A stretch of 64,000 bases of DNA from Candidatus Kerfeldbacteria bacterium. GTDB lineage: Bacteria; Patescibacteriota; Patescibacteriia; SBBC01; CAIJZX01. The DNA lies in contig JACPSJ010000001.1 in NCBI GenBank assembly GCA_016193315.1, positions 599,478-663,477 of the forward strand, in the 5' to 3' direction. The position numbers and the translations under genes were made by a program. Below the pieces are notes generated by a model that had not been told where the DNA came from, did no database searches, and saw only the letters and a program-made list of their open reading frames with translations. Below, in pieces: positions 27,950-38,427 of the stretch. Positions within the stretch are counted from its first letter, which is position 1. Each line of letters begins with the position of its first letter.

Positions 27950-28936
27950 TTAGCGATCGGTCGGTGCCAGTAACAACTTGCGAAGTGCTGACTGGTTAGC
28001 GGCTTGGCCGAGGGCCCATAGGAAATGAATCAACGCAGCCGTTCGTGTTTGGTCAGCCAGAACCAGTAATGACGATGGCAGTCGGCCGACGCGGCCGGTC
28101 AGGCCAAAAACAGCGATCGGCAGACCCCTCAGAGAAGAAGCCAGGGACGGAAGCATGGCCGCGCCGCCCTGGAGCGCCGGCGCCAAAGAAAAGAACAACC
28201 CCTTCCGCCCGGTGGCCTGACCAACGACCTGTTCAACGGTCAACCCCGGCACGTACTCGACCATGGCCACGTTCGTTTCGTATTGTGCCCGAATCCGGAA
28301 AGCGCGTTTCGCCCGTTTGATTTGGGCACCAAAGAGACGGATGCCGAAATCGATTTTGCCCAGCACCCGACCGGTCAAGGTCGGCTGCGGATCGGCGGTG
28401 GAATGCAAGCCGTGGCCGCGGAAAATAGTGCTGCCAAAAACCACCAACACTTCAGCCGCGTCCGAGACCGCCACTTGGACGGCGTTGATAAAGCTGGCTT
28501 TGGCGCCGAATTCCTGGGCACCGGGGACGACCAGCGTTCGCCCGAGCGACCGCTCCTGCCTAGTGTGCAACCACGAACCGACTAAGACCACCGGTTTCTC
28601 CAGGCCGTCGAGCATTAAACTGAGGGCTTCGGCGGCCGCCTCTATCGTCTCCAGCTGATGAACCACGACAAAACCATCATACCCGGCGTAGTGCGCTTCG
28701 ATCGCCTTGGCCACCCCCGCCCATTCGGCCAAGCCGATGGCGCCGGTCCCGGGCCCGATGAAGTGCCCAGTCGTGTCAGCGATGATGTCCATCTCGGACA
28801 TCTGCGCCAGCCACGGCTCAATGTCTTTGGGTTTTCGGACCAGATCGCCGCGTCGACCGCGACTATCGATTACTGAGCCGCCGAGAAACAGCAGCAACAC
28901 CGACGGACGTGGATGTTTGCCTTTGCCTTTAGCCAT
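27950..28936 (-). CDS. L-asparaginase-fold protein with degenerate catalytic motifs
   Basis: LGGSV, YDGFVVVHQLET and KPVVLVGS align with asparaginase motifs. Start uncertain. Confidence 0.7.
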   Translation of the reverse strand: MAKGKGKHPRPSVLLLFLGGSVIDSRGRRGDLVRKPKDIEPWLAQMSEMDIIADTTGHFIGPGTGAIGLAEWAGVAKAIEAHYAGYDGFVVVHQLETIEAAAEALSLMLDGLEKPVVLVGSWLHTRQERSLGRTLVVPGAQEFGAKASFINAVQVAVSDAAEVLVVFGSTIFRGHGLHSTADPQPTLTGRVLGKIDFGIRLFGAQIKRAKRAFRIRAQYETNVAMVEYVPGLTVEQVVGQATGRKGLFFSLAPALQGGAAMLPSLASSLRGLPIAVFGLTGRVGRLPSSLLVLADQTRTAALIHFLWALGQAANQSALRKLLLAPTDR

Positions 28937-29041
28937 CTTCGTCTGATGCGCCGTCTTTAAGATTGGAGACGGCGCATTCATTATAGCACAAAGGCTGGCT
29001 CCGGCCAAGCGCCGACCGGCCCGGCGGGTATTCCCGCGGCG

Positions 29042-29596
29042 TCACGAAAGTGTCAGATGCCGTCGCAATTCATCAGCCGCCTGTCGGCCGAGCCGCGACA
29101 ACCACCACCCGTAGAAACCAATGACCACTAACAGCAGCAGCAAAATACCGTAGACGGGCCAAGCCTGAAGACGTGTGGCCAGACCCAGCCCGACGGTTAC
29201 CATCCCCAGGCTACCATACGCCAGCAGCAAATTCACGAGCAACCAACTCATGACCAGCACGTGTCGGATGACCTGCCGGATCTGACGGCCGAGCGGATCG
29301 GGCACCAGCGGCAGCAAGAAACTCGTCGGAATGTTCGTGTACTCCGGCCGGCGGTAGAGCCACCACACCAGAGCTCCCAGGACCAGCTGGAGCCAGCCCG
29401 GCAAAAAGTATAACCACCAGCTGGTCCTCAGGTACCCACTCAGTTGGTCCGTCAACATGAACTGGACCGGGACGGTCGCGGTGAGATCCTGGAAGAAATA
29501 GATCAGTAGAAACCAGGTAGTCGCCATCGCCACCACGCCGAGCGCCGTAAAAACCCCATCCGGAACGCGCCAGCCATCATGATGCGTGACGATCAT
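29042..29596 (-). CDS. DUF1648-like membrane protein
   Basis: L..TVPVQF and PEYTNIP motifs, four TM helices. ATGA overlap at 29593-29596. Confidence 0.55.
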   Translation of the reverse strand: MIVTHHDGWRVPDGVFTALGVVAMATTWFLLIYFFQDLTATVPVQFMLTDQLSGYLRTSWWLYFLPGWLQLVLGALVWWLYRRPEYTNIPTSFLLPLVPDPLGRQIRQVIRHVLVMSWLLVNLLLAYGSLGMVTVGLGLATRLQAWPVYGILLLLLVVIGFYGWWLSRLGRQAADELRRHLTLS

Positions 29597-29982
29597 GGTG
29601 GTCGAGATGAATGTTGACGTGGAGAACCGGCTGACTTGACGGTCAACAAACCGGTCCCCAGCAGGCTGGCCAAGATCATGGCCGCGATCACGCTGACCCC
29701 GTAGACTGTCCAGCCATGGTCGGCCACAGTAAACGGCAATCCGAACAATCCCCCCGGCACGATCAGCCACAAGGCCCAAGACCGACGTCGCATCGGCCAC
29801 AGCCGACCGAAGACCCAGCCCACAATGAGATACACCACGAACACGTAGACAATCGCCTGCAGCCGCTGGCCCAGTCCAAAAACATCCGAGAAGAGAACAT
29901 TGAAGACGGCAAAGAATGCGGCCAGCGGGCTGACGATGACCGCTAGCAGGTGGCCCTGCCACGTTGGAAACCGAGGGGGCAT
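29593..29982 (-). CDS. Hypothetical membrane protein
   Basis: Four hydrophobic segments. Confidence 0.55.
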   Translation of the reverse strand: MPPRFPTWQGHLLAVIVSPLAAFFAVFNVLFSDVFGLGQRLQAIVYVFVVYLIVGWVFGRLWPMRRRSWALWLIVPGGLFGLPFTVADHGWTVYGVSVIAAMILASLLGTGLLTVKSAGSPRQHSSRPP

Positions 29983-30088
29983 GGCGGAAGTGTATCGGCG
30001 ATTTTCAACGCTGGCAAGCCCATATCAACTTCTTACGCCGCCAAAAAAAGTGGGGCGAGGCAAGAAAAACCCACACCGGAGTGTGGGC

Positions 30089-30667
30089 CTAGGCTGCCTC
30101 TCGAGATGGTCTGACCGGCTTGGCTTTCTTCAGTTCACCCCTGATAAGTTCGAGTTCGGTCTCCATGCCGGCCGGCTTGATAGCGAAGATCTCGTCCTGG
30201 CCGAACCGGATGCCTTGAATCCGCGACGCCACCTCACGCTCGCGAAGGAGAGCTTCCCGATCGATCTCTTCAATCACCCGAATGAACTGAACGAAGCCGA
30301 GCTTTTTGAGGGTGGCGATGACGACTTCCTCTTTCTTGGTCAAGCGGACTGATGGCGGTGTTCGGTACCAGCGCAGGACCCCGGTCACGAGATCAACGGT
30401 CTTCAGGCGGTCGTTATCGGTCAGCTCCGACCGGTTCGTTTGGGCCCAATCGAACAGCGCGTTGGCCAGCGCTTGCGCCCGACAGACGTGCGGTTCGACC
30501 CGCTCGTGCGCCCGTTGGCGAGCGGCGGACAGCTCTTGTTGCAGTTGAAGTTCAGCGTCGTCGACGTGTACCTGGCACTCAGTAATCTCCTCGAGATATC
30601 CAGCGGCCTCCTGTACCGACCGTGGCAAGGCCGCGCGCGTCACGGCAGGTGTTTTTGTTTTGGCCAT
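30089..30667 (-). CDS. Mu Gam-like DNA end-binding (host nuclease inhibitor) protein
   Basis: Helical N-terminus, WAQTNRSELT, KTVDLVTGVLRW..TPPSV, FIRVIEEIDREALL. Confidence 0.8.
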   Translation of the reverse strand: MAKTKTPAVTRAALPRSVQEAAGYLEEITECQVHVDDAELQLQQELSAARQRAHERVEPHVCRAQALANALFDWAQTNRSELTDNDRLKTVDLVTGVLRWYRTPPSVRLTKKEEVVIATLKKLGFVQFIRVIEEIDREALLREREVASRIQGIRFGQDEIFAIKPAGMETELELIRGELKKAKPVRPSREAA

Positions 30668-30785
30668 GATTCACCTCTGGTGTGAAGGAGCGGGTGGTGG
30701 AAACGTATGCCCATCCTAGACGACATCCATCGCCAGTGTCAAGAAAGGATTTGCGATTGTTCCTCGGAGTCAGTAAGCTTCATCC

Positions 30786-32234
30786 ATGAACACCGTGCGT
30801 TGGTTCCGTCAACCTCACGCCTGGCTCATCCTGTCGACGGCTGTCTTCGTCATTTATTTCTCCCTGACCGCCTGGTTCCGGCACGTCAATTTCTACACTT
30901 CGATGTACGATCTCGGGAACATGGATTCGGTCCTTTGGCACACGCTCCACGGAAAATGGTTTGTGATGACTGACCCGACCGCAATCATCCAACAGTCCCG
31001 CACCGCCTACCATGCCGATTTCCTGCTCCTCGGCTATCTGCCTTTCTATGCGTTGTGGTCCGATCCGCGGGTGATGATGATCATTCAAGTTCTGGCAGTG
31101 GCTTCCGGGGCTATACCGCTATTCTGGCTCGGCCGAAAACTCCTCTCCCCTACTGCCGGCGCCCTATTCTCGATCGCCTATCTCACCTATCCTGGGTTAT
31201 TGTGGGCGTTGATTTTTGATGTCCACGCCGTGGTCCTGGCCGCGCCGCTTCTGCTCTGGGCATTCTGGGCGATCATGGAACATCGCTTTTGGCTGTACGG
31301 CGTTTTCATCGGCCTAGCCCTGCTGAGCAAAGAAGAAGTTGGCCTGGTAGTCGGGTTACTCGGATTGTACTTCCTATTCACCAAGCACCCCCGGGTAGTG
31401 AGCATAGCGACCGCCATCGTCGGATTTGGCTGGTCAGCCTTGATTCTCGGCTGGGCCATTCCCACGGCCAGAACCGTCAATGAACACTTTGCGATTGGCT
31501 ATTTTTCCGAGTTCGGAGGTACTACTGGCGAAGTTTTTCGCAACGTGGCCACGAATCCCTTAGCCGTCATCCGCCACCTCTTCCGGTTCGACAGTCTCGG
31601 CTACGTGGCCTGGCTGCTGTGGCCGTTGAGTTTCACCTCGCTGCTTGGTTGGCCCCTGCTTCTCGTTGCCGCCCCGGAATTCGGTATCAATCTCTTGAGT
31701 AACAACCCGAACTTGCGGTCGATCTTTTTCCACTATGCCTCGGTGATCACGCCACTCGTTTTCTTGGCCGCGCTCACCGGCCTATCGTGGTGGCGCCGAA
31801 AATTCGCCTTCGGAAAACGATTCAAAGCGCTGGCTTTGACCGCCATGATTGGTGTTTGGGCCGTGGCTTTGTACTCCGGCGCGCCATTGCCGGGAACTCG
31901 TCACCATGAAGATGCGGTCCGCGTTTTCCGTCCGTCCCCCTACCGCGCCACCATCGCTGAAATCAAGAGGCGCCTGCCACCAAACGCTAAGGTTGCGGTC
32001 ACTAACAGCTTGGCTCCACACTTCACCCAGCGTGACTGGGCCTGGATGTTCCCGTTGGCACTCGACCGAGCCGACGCGGCCATTATTCTCCTTGGCGGTC
32101 GGGTCGAGGTCAAATCGCGGGCCGAGTTGCGGGCGGCGGTTAGGCAATTGAGCGATGATCCAGCGTGGCGGCTCGTCATCCATCAGGATCAGCTCTACTA
32201 TTTCGAACGGGTTCGGTCGCTGGCTCAGACTTGA
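30786..32234 (+). CDS. DUF2079 membrane protein (GT-C-like)
   Basis: YDLGN, FDVH, LSKEE and FHY motifs; many TM helices. Confidence 0.8.
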   Translation: MNTVRWFRQPHAWLILSTAVFVIYFSLTAWFRHVNFYTSMYDLGNMDSVLWHTLHGKWFVMTDPTAIIQQSRTAYHADFLLLGYLPFYALWSDPRVMMIIQVLAVASGAIPLFWLGRKLLSPTAGALFSIAYLTYPGLLWALIFDVHAVVLAAPLLLWAFWAIMEHRFWLYGVFIGLALLSKEEVGLVVGLLGLYFLFTKHPRVVSIATAIVGFGWSALILGWAIPTARTVNEHFAIGYFSEFGGTTGEVFRNVATNPLAVIRHLFRFDSLGYVAWLLWPLSFTSLLGWPLLLVAAPEFGINLLSNNPNLRSIFFHYASVITPLVFLAALTGLSWWRRKFAFGKRFKALALTAMIGVWAVALYSGAPLPGTRHHEDAVRVFRPSPYRATIAEIKRRLPPNAKVAVTNSLAPHFTQRDWAWMFPLALDRADAAIILLGGRVEVKSRAELRAAVRQLSDDPAWRLVIHQDQLYYFERVRSLAQT

Positions 32235-32320
32235 CAATCTCCGCCGACAGTGCTACACCAGCGGGGCTTGTTTCGATCTTTATTGTCTAACCGAGAGACG
32301 AAGGAGGTGGTGATAGCGAA

Positions 32321-33040
32321 GTGCTTACCCAGCATTGGCTGTTCACGCCAGAAGCCGAAGCGACCTCGATATCCACCATTGCCGACGCCACCAAGCAATT
32401 CCCGAACCTGCCCGGGGCCGCCGACGGTGAATTCACGATTACCGATGGACCGCGTTACCCGGTGATGTGCTGGCGCCAGTCTGGGTTTTCCACCCGTCAC
32501 CTGCTCAGCCAATCGCCTGGACCGTTCTTAGAGATCGGTGGCCCCACACCCCGCTGGGACGATCCGCGATGGCGGGCTACAGCCATCTGGGGCCAAGAGT
32601 ACGACCTGTCTGAGCTCCCTGGACCACTCCATGTCACCAACATCGTGCCGCTGCCCGAAGCCTGCGCCTGGATCATCGGCGAGTACGCCGGGAACGATTT
32701 CTTCCAGGCCGACGTGACCCGGCTTCCACTGCGAACCGGCTCGATGGCCGCGGTTTTCTGCCGCGGACTCAGCATCGTCCATGGCGCCCCACCCGAAGTC
32801 TACCCTCCTGACTACCAGGCCAAAAGTACCGTCATTCGACTGGCCGCCTTCAAAGAGGTGGTTCGCGTTCTGCAACCGGATGGTCTTTTTTACCTCGGCG
32901 GCGCCACCGCCGAAGAGATCGCCTGCCTGAGGCTTTTCGGCCTCGAACTGCGGATGTACCGCGGTGACACCGAAGACCATGGTCAGTACGTCCAGTTCGC
33001 CGAGACTGTCTACACCAAACCCCGCCTCAATGATCGTTGA
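32321..33040 (+). CDS. Class I SAM methyltransferase-like protein
   Basis: LEIGGPT, QADVTRLPL and EVVRVLQPDG; AGGAGG RBS. Confidence 0.55.
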   Translation: MLTQHWLFTPEAEATSISTIADATKQFPNLPGAADGEFTITDGPRYPVMCWRQSGFSTRHLLSQSPGPFLEIGGPTPRWDDPRWRATAIWGQEYDLSELPGPLHVTNIVPLPEACAWIIGEYAGNDFFQADVTRLPLRTGSMAAVFCRGLSIVHGAPPEVYPPDYQAKSTVIRLAAFKEVVRVLQPDGLFYLGGATAEEIACLRLFGLELRMYRGDTEDHGQYVQFAETVYTKPRLNDR

Positions 33041-33651
33041 GGCGGTTTTTTTATGTCGGCCCCTAGTTTCTTGACCAACCGAACGATTCCCGGAAAATGC
33101 GGCTGGTTGAAATGGCCTCGCCGTTGGAAAACGATGGTGCGGGCTAGCGGTAAATCTTTCCGATACCGACCCATTTCGCTGAACGGCACGACTGGATCAT
33201 CGTGGCTATAGAGCAGAAATATTTTGCGGCATTGTTTGTCCACTCGATTGAGAGATCTGGTCAATCCGAAGTCGCCGATTTCCGGTGATCGACTGTGTGG
33301 CGCGGCGACCAAAATCAAGGCCTGAATACGCTTGGGAAAATGATGTTCCGATAAATACTTGGCCAGGAATATTCCGCCTTGCGAGTGGCCGATGAGGATG
33401 ACGTCTGGCTTCACAAAAGGCCGCATCCGTTCGAACCAAACCTCCCACTCGCGATAGCGGGCATTGAACTTGTTCGGCATTTGCGGCAAGAGTACTTGCC
33501 AGCCGCGACCGAGATCGCGCGGCAAGTTGTTTTTCCAGCCCGGTCGGGGAAGAAAAGACTGAAGAGAAACTGGCGTCGTTTTCAGCATCCGCAAGTACTG
33601 TCCATAGCGGTCAAAAGAATCACCGCCGTGGACAACAACCACTTGCCTCAT
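33010..33651 (-). CDS. RBBP9/YdeN-family alpha/beta hydrolase
   Basis: VVHGG, GHSQGG, SHDDPVVP and GHF motifs. Confidence 0.85.
   Translation of the reverse strand: MRQVVVVHGGDSFDRYGQYLRMLKTTPVSLQSFLPRPGWKNNLPRDLGRGWQVLLPQMPNKFNARYREWEVWFERMRPFVKPDVILIGHSQGGIFLAKYLSEHHFPKRIQALILVAAPHSRSPEIGDFGLTRSLNRVDKQCRKIFLLYSHDDPVVPFSEMGRYRKDLPLARTIVFQRRGHFNQPHFPGIVRLVKKLGADIKKPPQRSLRRGLV
33022..33053 (+). terminator. Intrinsic terminator
   Basis: CCGCCTCAA...TTGAGGCGG followed by a T-run. Confidence 0.7.
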
Positions 33652-34907
33652 CGGGTTGAAAGCTTCTTGACCAGCTCCTTGGTGCTCATCAGCTCTGATC
33701 GTGTCCCGGCCCGCTCCTTTACTTCAAACTTTCCCGCCCGCATCGTTTTTTCGCTCACCACCACGCGGACCGGAATGCCGATCAAATCACTATCCGCGAA
33801 CTTTTCGCCAGCCCTGAGATCGCGGTCATCGTGCAAAACGGCGATGCCTTGGCCATCGAATTGTTTGGCCAGTTCGCTCGCTTCGTCCGAGACCGCCCGG
33901 CTGTTTTTAGGATTCAGTTCAACAATGTGCACCTCAAACGGCGCCACTGATTTCGGCCAGATCATGCCCTGAGCATCATGGTGGAGTTCGACAATGGTCG
34001 CCATCACCCGCGCCGGGCCGATGCCGTAACTGCCCATCACCACGGGCTTTATCTGGCCGGTCTCGTCGGCATACAGTAACCCCAGCGCCTCAGAAAAACG
34101 GGTGCCGAGCTTAAAAATGTTCCCCACCTCAATCGCCCGAACTTCTTCGAAGGCGGTCGGTTTCTTTCCCAACTCAGCCAGCACTTCCTTCGTAAAGACC
34201 TCTTGATTAATCGCCATGGACTTGTCTTTGGCCAGGTAGATTGTGTCTTCGCCACCCGTGCAAACCGTTTGCCACTCATCGGAGAACTTGCTAAAAGCGC
34301 CGCCGCTGGCAAAAGCCCGGTACGTCTGATCGCCGATGCCGACCGCCCGCCAAATTCGTTCGTAGGCTTTGGCCACCTGCTCGTAAAATTCATCGAGGCC
34401 GGCGGCCGTAGCCGTGAACGAGTACAAATCTTTCATCAGGAACTCCCGCGCTCGCAGCAAACCGCTTTTGGCTCGCAGTTCGTTCCGGAACTTCGTTTGG
34501 AATTGGAAAACGTAGCGCGGCAGGTCGCGATAGGAAGTGATGTGTTCTTTCATGATTCGTGTCAACGGTTCTTCATGGGTCAAGCCCAAACCGACCTCGG
34601 CCTCGTTCTTCAGCTTCGTCTTAAACCAAATGTCAACCTCGTCATCACGCCAGCGGTCGGTTGATTGCCAAACGGTCGGATCCTGCAGTGATGACAGAAA
34701 TAGCTCGACCGCGCCGAGCGTTTCCATCTCCTGCTTGATGACCTTGATGATCCGTTTCATGACCCGCAGACCGAGCGGCAAAAATGAGTAGACCCCGGCC
34801 ATTTCCTTATGCACGAAACCGGCCCGGATAAGCAACTGGGCGCTTTGGGAAACTTCGTCTGCCGGAATTTCGCGTCTGGTCTTGGTGAACAACTGCGACT
34901 GGCGCAT
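33648..34907 (-). CDS. proS: Proline--tRNA ligase, short form without editing domain
   Basis: MRQSQLF, THEE, FQTKFRNE and GSYGIG motifs; anticodon-binding domain. Confidence 0.95.
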   Translation of the reverse strand: MRQSQLFTKTRREIPADEVSQSAQLLIRAGFVHKEMAGVYSFLPLGLRVMKRIIKVIKQEMETLGAVELFLSSLQDPTVWQSTDRWRDDEVDIWFKTKLKNEAEVGLGLTHEEPLTRIMKEHITSYRDLPRYVFQFQTKFRNELRAKSGLLRAREFLMKDLYSFTATAAGLDEFYEQVAKAYERIWRAVGIGDQTYRAFASGGAFSKFSDEWQTVCTGGEDTIYLAKDKSMAINQEVFTKEVLAELGKKPTAFEEVRAIEVGNIFKLGTRFSEALGLLYADETGQIKPVVMGSYGIGPARVMATIVELHHDAQGMIWPKSVAPFEVHIVELNPKNSRAVSDEASELAKQFDGQGIAVLHDDRDLRAGEKFADSDLIGIPVRVVVSEKTMRAGKFEVKERAGTRSELMSTKELVKKLSTR

Positions 34908-35020
34908 ACGATAGTATTGTATCCTGACGCTTGGTCAGCAGTCAAAAAAGACTTACCTGGCGCGGGCCCCTAACGTTTTCCTCGGCCTTCAACCTGGACG
35001 GGGTCTAGTCGCGCCCCGAC

Positions 35021-36283
35021 TCAAGAGGACACCAGCCGGCCCTGATCGCGATCAGGATGAGCGAGAAGAATGGCGGCGGCCCGTTCGAGGTGCGCGGCGT
35101 ACCGTGACCCTTTCAGCAATACCACGTCGCCGGGGTGAAGATCGCTCTGAAGTCGGGCGGCCGCCGCTTCAGCGGTCGGCACGTTGACTGTCCGGCTAGC
35201 TGAAAAACCATGGGCCACGGCCGATCGTCCGATCCGGTCGGCCAGGGGGCCGATGGTTATCAGTTCGTGGAGTCGGTCGTGGCCGATCTTCTCCCCCACC
35301 CAGTCGTGCCAATACGCCGCTGACGAACCGAGTTCGGACATCTGCCCGAGGACCGCAAGTTTACGTCCATGTGTTTTTAGTTCGAAGAGCGTGACCAGGG
35401 CCGCGGCCATGGCCGCCGGCGAAGCGTTGTAGCTGTCGTCGATGATCAGCGAGCCGGATAGACCGGCTAGCAATCGCATCCGTCCGGGCGGCGGTTGATA
35501 CCGCTTCAGCCGTTCGATTGTCAGGGCGGCCGATTCACCGAGCGCTTCGGCCACGGCCACGGCGGCTAAGATGGGGTAGGCTTGATGCCGACCGATGACG
35601 CCCGGGATGCCAATCGGCACAACCTCCCCTGCCAGCCTAACTTTCACCACCATGCCACTCAACTGCCCGCGGTCATCGGTCGTGAGATCGAGGTGCTCGG
35701 CCCGAATCTGCGCCTCGGGCGTCCAGCCGTAGCTGATCGTCCGGACCCGGCCCGGCTTGGCTACCGCCCTGGCTTGTTCGTCGTCGATGTTGACGACCGC
35801 GGTTCCCTCCGCCGGCAGCGTGGTGATGATGCCAGCTTCTTCGGCTGCCACTCCAGCCAGATCACCAAAAAACTCCAAGTGTTCCGGCGCGATCGCCGTC
35901 AGCACGCCGATCCTCGGTTTCGCCAACCGCAGGAGCGGACCCAAATCTCCCGGCTTGTCAGTGCCGAGTTCAAGAATCAGAACGGCTGGGTAGGGCTGTC
36001 GCCGCAGCAGCAGACTGACACCACCAACAAAGACACGCAGCCATTGCCACCAGCGCTTCTGGGCTGGTCCGCCACTCAAGATCGTCACGGGCACGCCGAT
36101 CTCGGCGTTAAAACTGCCCCGTGTCTGACGAACCGGTCGATCAGGACTGTCGAGCGCCGCGGCAATGGCTTCTTTGGTCGCCGTTTTGCCAATTGAACCG
36201 GCCACGCCGATGACGACCGGCCGGTACCGCCGAAGAACGAGGCGAGCCAGCGTCTGAAAGAGCCAACGGGCAATCGACTTCAT
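35021..36283 (-). CDS. murF: UDP-MurNAc-tripeptide:D-Ala-D-Ala ligase
   Basis: GSIGKT, DDSYNASP, GQMSELG and LLKGSR motifs. Confidence 0.9.
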   Translation of the reverse strand: MKSIARWLFQTLARLVLRRYRPVVIGVAGSIGKTATKEAIAAALDSPDRPVRQTRGSFNAEIGVPVTILSGGPAQKRWWQWLRVFVGGVSLLLRRQPYPAVLILELGTDKPGDLGPLLRLAKPRIGVLTAIAPEHLEFFGDLAGVAAEEAGIITTLPAEGTAVVNIDDEQARAVAKPGRVRTISYGWTPEAQIRAEHLDLTTDDRGQLSGMVVKVRLAGEVVPIGIPGVIGRHQAYPILAAVAVAEALGESAALTIERLKRYQPPPGRMRLLAGLSGSLIIDDSYNASPAAMAAALVTLFELKTHGRKLAVLGQMSELGSSAAYWHDWVGEKIGHDRLHELITIGPLADRIGRSAVAHGFSASRTVNVPTAEAAAARLQSDLHPGDVVLLKGSRYAAHLERAAAILLAHPDRDQGRLVSS

Positions 36284-38028
36284 GGGTTCGGACTCTCGGT
36301 CGGTGGCACTCCGAAATAGGACAACAGAAACCGGGCCAGCTCACCAAACAGTGGCGCCGCTGAAGATTCGGCAAACTGCACGTCGCGTGGCCGGACGAGT
36401 TTGACCACCATCACGAACTTTGGGTCATCGACCGGGGCAAACCCGGCGAAGGTACCAATCGTCTGATCGCTGTGGTAGGTCCCAGTGGCGGGATCGGGAA
36501 TCTGGGCCGTGCCGGTTTTCCCGGCCACAAAATAACCGGGCACCCCGGCCCGCTGGCCGTGTCCATTCTGGACCACCCGCACGAGCATGGCGCTGATCGT
36601 GGCCGCCGTTTTCGGGCTGATCACTTGGCGCACAACCCGCGGCTGGGAGACAACTTCACGTCCGTCGGAGTGGCGAATTTTCTCAACCACGTACGGCCGG
36701 ACAAGTTGTCCGCCGTTGGCGAAGACACTGAACGCCGCCGCCAATTGGAGCGGGGTAACGGTCACCCCTTGACCGAACGAAGCGGTGGTGGCGTAGATTT
36801 CCCGGCCGGTCGCCAGCGTCGCCACGTTGCCCGGACGTTCATCAACCTCGATGCCGGTCGGCTGACCGAAGCCGAAGGCGGTGACGTAGCGTTGGAACTT
36901 CTCCGGACCAATTTGGTTCATGGCAAAAATGGCGCCGGTATTCAATGATTCCTCCAGGACCGCGGTCATCGTCTGCGCGCCGTGAGCTTTACCGTCGGAG
37001 TTCTTAATGGTGTAGCTCCCCACTTGGACTTGTCCCGTATCCGTATACGTCGTCTCTGGCGTCACCGCCTCTTCGTTGATGGCGGCCGCCATGGTCACTG
37101 GTTTGAAGACCGAGCCCGGTTCGTACGGCTCCTGGGTGACCGAATTCGTGAACCGCTCGAGGTCGGTCACCGTGTTGTAACTGTTCGGATCAAAGTCCGG
37201 CGAACCGCACAAGGCGTAGATTGCCCCGGTGGTCGGATCCATAATCACCAGGCTGCCGCTGTCAGCCCCATGCTTGAGCACCGCTTCGTTCAAGCGCCGA
37301 CAAGCCTCGAACTCAATCGTCCGATCGATGGTCAAGATCAGATCGGCCCCATCCTGAGCCGGCGACCAAAATTGGGCGGCCGTGGCGATCAACTGGCCGC
37401 TGGCGTCTTTCTCGGCCGTGATCTGGCCACGGCGACCGCCGAGCTCAGTTTCAAACGACCCTTCCAATCCATATCGCCCAACGCGACGATCATGGTCAAA
37501 ACCGACAAAACCAATCAGCTGGGAGCCGGTTGTTCGTTCCGGATAGTAGCGGGTACTCTCGTCACTGAAATAGAGTCCCGGCAGCTTCAGCACGGCAATG
37601 GTTTGCTGCTGATCGTCCGTCAGATAATGTTGGATTGGCTCATACAGATCGTTCGGCTTGGCCAGGCGCTTCAGGAGATCGGCTTCGGGGATGGTGACGT
37701 AGGGAGCCAGGGCGGAGGCGGTGGCCGTCGGATTGCGGATTTGCTTGGGCACGGCATAGAGCAGATGGAGTGTTCGATTCGTGGCCAGCGGATAGTACCC
37801 GGTCGCTGACTGCCGATCGCGGACCAGAATCTCCCCCCGCTCGGGGTCGAGCTGCTGGCTAAATTGATGCTGGTCGTCGGCCAGGGCGACGTAGAAACCA
37901 TGCTGCAGGACCTGGAGCGTGAACAGACGCCAGATCAGAACCGCCCCAAAGATGGCGAAACCAAAACGAAGGTACCCGAGGCGGTCCTGCCACCAACGGG
38001 ATGCCGGGGGTCGCCACGTACGGGCCAT
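36280..38028 (-). CDS. ftsI: Class B penicillin-binding protein (FtsI/PBP3)
   Basis: PGSVFK, SLN and KTGT motifs; dcw context. Confidence 0.88.
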   Translation of the reverse strand: MARTWRPPASRWWQDRLGYLRFGFAIFGAVLIWRLFTLQVLQHGFYVALADDQHQFSQQLDPERGEILVRDRQSATGYYPLATNRTLHLLYAVPKQIRNPTATASALAPYVTIPEADLLKRLAKPNDLYEPIQHYLTDDQQQTIAVLKLPGLYFSDESTRYYPERTTGSQLIGFVGFDHDRRVGRYGLEGSFETELGGRRGQITAEKDASGQLIATAAQFWSPAQDGADLILTIDRTIEFEACRRLNEAVLKHGADSGSLVIMDPTTGAIYALCGSPDFDPNSYNTVTDLERFTNSVTQEPYEPGSVFKPVTMAAAINEEAVTPETTYTDTGQVQVGSYTIKNSDGKAHGAQTMTAVLEESLNTGAIFAMNQIGPEKFQRYVTAFGFGQPTGIEVDERPGNVATLATGREIYATTASFGQGVTVTPLQLAAAFSVFANGGQLVRPYVVEKIRHSDGREVVSQPRVVRQVISPKTAATISAMLVRVVQNGHGQRAGVPGYFVAGKTGTAQIPDPATGTYHSDQTIGTFAGFAPVDDPKFVMVVKLVRPRDVQFAESSAAPLFGELARFLLSYFGVPPTESPNP

Positions 38029-38046
38029 GGACGACGGGCCAGGCCC

Positions 38047-38421
38047 TTACGGCTGAACGGCCACCGGCCCTGGCGTCGGCGCCAGGTACTCAAACCCATC
38101 AGCCGGTTCCAGATTGAGTGTCTGGCTCGACAGCGCGACCGCGGCCAGCGACCGCAGGTCAGCGGCCTGCAACTCAAGTTTTTCGTTGGCGGCGGACAGG
38201 GCGGTCACTTGCCGCTGTAACTGGTCGATGGCAAAGCCCCGGGCCGCAGTTCGATTCGTCAGCCAGACGTAGCTCAGACCGAGAAGAAACGCCGCGATGG
38301 TTAGGATGACGGCGAATTTCTGGGTCGACAAATGCCACCGATGCCACCAGTGTGGTGATTGGTGGAGCGGATCACGATGTCGGCGTGAGGCGGTCGGACG
38401 GTTCGTCGATAGTCGTTTCAT
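38047..38421 (-). CDS. ftsL: FtsL-like cell division protein
   Basis: Single TM plus coiled coil between rsmH and ftsI. Confidence 0.6.
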   Translation of the reverse strand: MKRLSTNRPTASRRHRDPLHQSPHWWHRWHLSTQKFAVILTIAAFLLGLSYVWLTNRTAARGFAIDQLQRQVTALSAANEKLELQAADLRSLAAVALSSQTLNLEPADGFEYLAPTPGPVAVQP

Positions 38422-38427
38422 GTTGAC

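Noticed and set aside
29597-29962. Upstream part of the 306-aa ORF
   Set aside because: It overlaps the 129-aa membrane gene in another frame; the ATGA overlap at 29593-29596 gives the likely start.
30089-30667. Prophage
   Set aside because: No integrase, transposase or structural genes around the Gam homolog.
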